From the IMG/VR virus record IMGVR_UViG_3300026983_000028, positions 1 to 30,091 of that record: 30,091 nucleotides of DNA; one strand, given 5' to 3'. The notes below the pieces were generated by a model. It was not told where the DNA came from. It did not search any database and saw only the letters and a list, made by a program, of their open reading frames with translations. This document shows, in pieces, positions 26,041-30,091 of the stretch. Position numbers and translations under genes: made by a program. This DNA comes from a virus (taxonomy: Duplodnaviria > Caudoviricetes). Each line of letters starts with the position of its first letter. Within the stretch, counting starts at the first letter, position 1.

Positions 26041-27694
26041 AACTCATCACCTTTGGTTTGGCTATGTTAGTCCATACACGTATCTGCTTGGGAATGCGCA
26101 ACGTATGCGCCAACCCTTCAGCTTCGCGCACCGTCTCCGGTATTGGCATTGCGCTACGTTCACGCCACCAGTTGCGCGCCCGCGTTTGCGCGCCGCCCTC
26201 ATGCTCGAAACAGATGTACTCTTCAAACTTACGCAGCAGCCCAGCGGCATGATAGCTAACACGTAGCGTAGGCGGTTTGTCGCTATTGCGGCGTTTGCTG
26301 TATGCGTAGGTGACGTGGGCTACATCTACCAATTCGACCACCGGCTCAGGCTGCGCGTTGGCACGTGTCATAACCTCTGCGCTGCTAGCTTCGGCATTGA
26401 TGTGGATCACCATGGTGAATTCGTAGCCACACACGCAGAAGCGTTTGCTGGCGTGTACATATTCCGCGCATACCGGGCATGTACGTACTGGGCATCCTTG
26501 ACCACTTTTCTTACGGCCTTTCTTGGGTTCGCTAATCACAGGGTTGTTAATTGGACCCAACCGCTCTGTATTGTGCGCAAAGTCCAACACTAGGCAACCA
26601 TTGGACTTGATGCTGGCGGCCATGGCAGACAGCCGCCCTTGTGGTGTGGCTATGTTGTAGCCGGGCGCGTACACCGGGCGCGTACCACGGCCTAGCATCT
26701 GCACCCACATGCCGCTGCTTTCGGTGAAGCGCATGCCGCCGATAAGATCTATCTGCGGCACGTCAACACCGGTAGTTAGCTTGTTCATGCTAACTGCTGC
26801 CCGGTACTCGCCAGCCTTGTATGCTGCCAGCATTTTGTCAGCGTTCTTGGTTTTACTATGAATGGCGCAGGCATCGATGCCCATCTCATTCATAAGCCCA
26901 GCCACGTTTTCGCAGTGGTTAACGCCTGTAGCAAACACCAACCAACAATTGCGGTCCACGCCACGAAACATCATCTCCTCAATGCACTTGGCGGTAATCT
27001 CTTCCTTGTCCAGCGCCTTTTGCTGCTGGCTTAAAATGTACTCACCCCCACTGTGCCCAATGCCAGTGTCGTCCAATCGCGTAACCGTCTTCTTGCTGTA
27101 CAGCCGGGCAAGGTACCCATTGTCTGTAAACCAATCCCACCATTCGGGGGTGGTCATGTTCACAGCAATTTCGGTGAACACATTACCGCTGGTTAGACGT
27201 CCTTGCCCTAGCCGCCAGTCGGTAGCAGTAAATCCGATCACCTTAAGGCTAGGGTTCACTTTTTTTAGTGCAGTAATGAACTGCTGGTACATTGTTTCAT
27301 CGTTTGGGCTCAGCAAGTGTGCCTCATCGATGATCACAATATGCACGCAGCCAAACCATTCGGGATGCTGGTACACGCTTTGGATGCCAGCGTAGATCAC
27401 TTGTTGAATAGTGTCACGCTTGCCTAGTGCAGCGCTATGTATGCCCATGGGTACGTTGGGCCAAATGGTGCGCAGCTTCTCAGCGTTCTGGCTGATAAGG
27501 GATTCGACGTGCGTCAACATCATGGCACGTGTGCTCGGGTAGGCAAACAATGCGCGCTGCACAAACGCCGCAATGTTGACTGATTTGCCTACGCCCGTAG
27601 GTTCCAACACCAAGGGGTTGCCTTGGCGCCCACTGTGGAAATATGTCCACAGCAGGTCATCCGCATACTGCTGGTAGTCGCGTAGCTGGATCAT
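26030..27694 (-). CDS. Superfamily 2 DNA helicase (DEAH, RadD/YejH-like) with Zn finger
   Basis: Motifs LRDYQ, PTGVGKS, DEAH, TAT, LTTGVD and QMLGRGTR, plus CPVC...CVC. Confidence 0.93.
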   Translation of the reverse strand: MIQLRDYQQYADDLLWTYFHSGRQGNPLVLEPTGVGKSVNIAAFVQRALFAYPSTRAMMLTHVESLISQNAEKLRTIWPNVPMGIHSAALGKRDTIQQVIYAGIQSVYQHPEWFGCVHIVIIDEAHLLSPNDETMYQQFITALKKVNPSLKVIGFTATDWRLGQGRLTSGNVFTEIAVNMTTPEWWDWFTDNGYLARLYSKKTVTRLDDTGIGHSGGEYILSQQQKALDKEEITAKCIEEMMFRGVDRNCWLVFATGVNHCENVAGLMNEMGIDACAIHSKTKNADKMLAAYKAGEYRAAVSMNKLTTGVDVPQIDLIGGMRFTESSGMWVQMLGRGTRPVYAPGYNIATPQGRLSAMAASIKSNGCLVLDFAHNTERLGPINNPVISEPKKGRKKSGQGCPVRTCPVCAEYVHASKRFCVCGYEFTMVIHINAEASSAEVMTRANAQPEPVVELVDVAHVTYAYSKRRNSDKPPTLRVSYHAAGLLRKFEEYICFEHEGGAQTRARNWWRERSAMPIPETVREAEGLAHTLRIPKQIRVWTNIAKPKVMSYEY

Positions 27695-28653
27695 TATGGT
27701 TGTAGTTTCTTGTCCAGTGTATAAACAGCGCAGCCCTGTATCTGCTGCTCCTTGGTAAGCGCAACGCCACCCGTATTGTTTAGTTCAGCCAAACACAACA
27801 CCTTGCCGTCTGGTGCAAAGTACACCATGGCGCACGTGCGGCAACTGCGTTCAGGCTTCACCGTGCTGTAGCACACGTCCGTGTGGTCGCACATGTACTT
27901 GCATACGTAGAAACCTGGGTTACCCCCGCGTATGCGCTGCGGTAGGCTACCGAAGACTACACGCTGCGCACGGTCCATGAACGTTTGGGCAGTGGCATTG
28001 TCAGCCACCACAATTTCGGCCCACAGCTCATCGGTGTTCTTGTTTACTGCAAGGTACAGCGCATATAGCAGCCCCATGTGCGCCATGTACTCGCACATCT
28101 GCACGTAATGTACAGGCTTGCTCAAGCGCACGCCCTTTTCCTTTAGCGACTCAAAGCTGTCGTCGCTATGGGTTTTCATCTCTAGAAGAGCAGGCACCCC
28201 GTAAGGTAGATCAGGTATGCACAAGCCAACCCCATCGCCGCTGCCGCTAAAGTGGCCGCCGAGATTGATAATACGAAACTGATTACCGTTAGCGTCCTGC
28301 TGGTACACCTGTATGCCAGCCGAAAGCAATAGAGCAATGAACCGTGCTTCTTCGATGTGCCCTCGGTTCCACAGACGGCGCATACGCGACTCTGCCTTGG
28401 CCTTGGGCTCTCCCTTCTTGCCCCGAACGCCCTTTTTACTGGCCCAGCGAAAGCCATAAAACACAGCGCGCTCACACTCACCGCCAATAACGCTAGCGCC
28501 AAGATGGCTGCGGCGATCGTCCTCAGTGTCACGGTATGCATCCCCCATGTGGGGCAACACCAGCCCCAAGTTACGACGGTAGGCGTTACCGCCGTCGTTG
28601 CACATAGCAGCGTCTATGGCTGCCAATGTTTTTTCCGCTTTCCAGACTGCCAT
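27694..28653 (-). CDS. Cas4-like PD-(D/E)xK exonuclease
   Basis: Motifs HLGAS.IG..C.R, GH..E, GSGDG, LEMKT and Y.Q...Y, plus a C-terminal Cys cluster. GGGAG RBS before ATG 28653. Confidence 0.8.
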   Translation of the reverse strand: MAVWKAEKTLAAIDAAMCNDGGNAYRRNLGLVLPHMGDAYRDTEDDRRSHLGASVIGGECERAVFYGFRWASKKGVRGKKGEPKAKAESRMRRLWNRGHIEEARFIALLLSAGIQVYQQDANGNQFRIINLGGHFSGSGDGVGLCIPDLPYGVPALLEMKTHSDDSFESLKEKGVRLSKPVHYVQMCEYMAHMGLLYALYLAVNKNTDELWAEIVVADNATAQTFMDRAQRVVFGSLPQRIRGGNPGFYVCKYMCDHTDVCYSTVKPERSCRTCAMVYFAPDGKVLCLAELNNTGGVALTKEQQIQGCAVYTLDKKLQP

Positions 28654-28668
28654 GCCGTACTCCCAATG

Positions 28669-28706
28669 AAAAAAGGCCGCACATGCACTCCCATACATGC
28701 GCGGCC
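28669..28706 (-). terminator. Intrinsic terminator after the SSB-like gene
   Basis: The - strand RNA reads GGCCGCGCAUGUA-UGGGAG-UGCAUGUGCGGCC-UUUUUU: a 13-bp stem including G-U pairs, then U6. Confidence 0.75.
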
Positions 28707-28750
28707 AACAACTGCGCCCACTACCAAGCGCAGGGGATTACGCGATGGGC

Positions 28751-29833
28751 TTAGCCGTTATGCATCCAAGGGGCGCTGCCGCCCGGGAAACCGCCCGGCT
28801 GATTGGCTGCCAACTGCGGTGGGGTGGGCTGGCCGAAACCTGCGGGCGGCTGCGGCACACCCGGGAACGCGCCCGGTGCCGGAGCGGTGCTAACGGGGGC
28901 CGGTGTTTCCCAGCGCATGAGGCCATGCTGAAGAAGCGCATCGTCCGTCCAGCCAGACGCAATGCACTGCTCGTAGGTGGCACCACGTGCCAACTCCGTC
29001 ATCACGCGCACCGGCTGCGGGGGCGCATGAGGCGGCACATTGCTGTTCATTGGCGGGGGCGGGGTACCGGCGCCCGGAAAGGCAGGCGCAGCGTTCGGCG
29101 AGGTTGGTGCGCCCGGCTGTGCGCCCGGCTGCGGCCACGGCTGAGCAGGAGCTGCACCACCACCCGGGAAACCTGCTGCGCCGTTGAACTGGGGCGGCGT
29201 AGGGCCGGCTGGCGGCGCACCGGCACCGGGGAAGCCCTGAAAGCCACCTGTGGCCGGGGGCGTGGGCGCACCGGGGAAGCTGCCCGGCGCAGATACACCC
29301 GGGAAACCTGCAGCGGGCGGGGCAGCATTGGCGCCGGTATTGGCCCAGCTGGGCGTGCCTTGCGGTGCACCGGCCACGCCACCGGCAAAGGTGCCGTGTG
29401 CGAGCTCATGGTCGCTGCCGTACTTGTCGTAACCCTTCACCTCGTTGTTGGCGTCATACTCCTTGCCATCCTCGGTGCGGCGTGCCTCGCGCTTCTTGAG
29501 CTTAATCATCATGGGAATGCCATGCACTTCCGCCGTGGTCTGCTGGATCTGAATGCGGTTGGTGGCGTGGCAAATGGCCGACAGGTTCTTGTACGCGATC
29601 TCAACCGTGGTGGGGTTGGGATGCACGAGGCACAGCTGGTCGAAAATCTTGCGGCCCTTGTACGGGCCATCCAGCACGGTGAACTCGAATACGATCATCT
29701 GGCCGTCGCCCTTGCTGGTGGGCTTCTGCTCGCTGTTGGTGATCTGCACGTTCTGCCAACCGTTCGGCAACGCATCCAATGCCTGCGAGGGAGCAACGTT
29801 GGCTGCGTTGAAATTGAAAGACACACCGTTCAT
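28751..29833 (-). CDS. ssDNA-binding-like protein (DUF669-like) with long Pro/Gly/Ala-rich tail
   Basis: N-terminal ~135 aa with LP.GW, GPYKGRKIF, L.AIC.A and NEVKGY, then a low-complexity tail ending APW. Lies between the ATPase and nuclease genes. Confidence 0.75.
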   Translation of the reverse strand: MNGVSFNFNAANVAPSQALDALPNGWQNVQITNSEQKPTSKGDGQMIVFEFTVLDGPYKGRKIFDQLCLVHPNPTTVEIAYKNLSAICHATNRIQIQQTTAEVHGIPMMIKLKKREARRTEDGKEYDANNEVKGYDKYGSDHELAHGTFAGGVAGAPQGTPSWANTGANAAPPAAGFPGVSAPGSFPGAPTPPATGGFQGFPGAGAPPAGPTPPQFNGAAGFPGGGAAPAQPWPQPGAQPGAPTSPNAAPAFPGAGTPPPPMNSNVPPHAPPQPVRVMTELARGATYEQCIASGWTDDALLQHGLMRWETPAPVSTAPAPGAFPGVPQPPAGFGQPTPPQLAANQPGGFPGGSAPWMHNG

Positions 29834-30091
29834 GCGGCTACTCCTTGGATCTTGGTAATGATTTTAGTCAGGTTCGGTTCTTCAATCTCGTCAAGGCGAC
29901 CTGAACGATCCTTGGCGACATATTGCGTATCTTGGTCCGTGCGCAGGTAACGCACCTTACGGCCATCCTGCAAGCGCATGATACCAAGATGAAACACTTC
30001 ATCGAACAGGTACGGCATCTGTGGACCCAGCTGCTTACCCGGCATGGACACAGTAAAGCGTGAAATGCCACTGTCATCCTTCCACAATTCC
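29830..30091 (-). CDS. AAA_24/Sak4-like ATPase, 3' end only (partial)
   Basis: MPGKQLG...PYLFDEVF...AKDRSG.LD..E.PNL..I..KI. Runs off the window edge. Confidence 0.75.
   Translation of the reverse strand, partial: ELWKDDSGISRFTVSMPGKQLGPQMPYLFDEVFHLGIMRLQDGRKVRYLRTDQDTQYVAKDRSGRLDEIEEPNLTKIITKIQGVAA

Noticed and set aside
26661-26685. 12-bp direct repeat CCGGGCGCGTAC x2
   Set aside because: Inside the intact helicase coding sequence near motif VI, read in different frames; most likely coincidental.
27694-28653. Cas4-like gene as a sign of a CRISPR system
   Set aside because: No repeat-spacer array or other cas gene is seen. Stand-alone Cas4-like nucleases are common in phage replication modules.
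28697-29950. 417-aa + strand Arg-rich ORF
   Set aside because: Antisense shadow of the Pro/Gly-rich SSB-like gene.

Overview
This is a ~30 kb piece of a tailed-phage genome with two converging arms that meet at a hairpin terminator at ~13.78 kb. The + arm (1-13778) is a contractile-tail (myovirus) morphogenesis operon resembling the Bcep781/PB1 type: neck and completion proteins, sheath, tube, chaperones, tape measure with a lytic transglycosylase, baseplate, tail fibre and a probable tip protein. The - arm (13807-30091) carries an AAA ATPase, an SSB-like protein, a Cas4-like nuclease, an SF2 helicase, a promoter-led block of small and histone-like genes, a 7-deazaguanine DNA-modification cluster (queE-queD-folE-queC-dpdA), a sliding clamp, a SLOG protein, a family-B DNA polymerase and a superinfection-immunity gene. 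The best novelty candidate is a sulfotransferase-like gene placed directly in front of the deazaguanine cluster. Other leads are an apparent GA/TC depletion that stops inside the tail-fibre gene, a tip protein with three N-terminal repeats, and two paralogous histone-like genes with nested in-frame starts. All calls come from motif recognition and hand counts; no database search was run.
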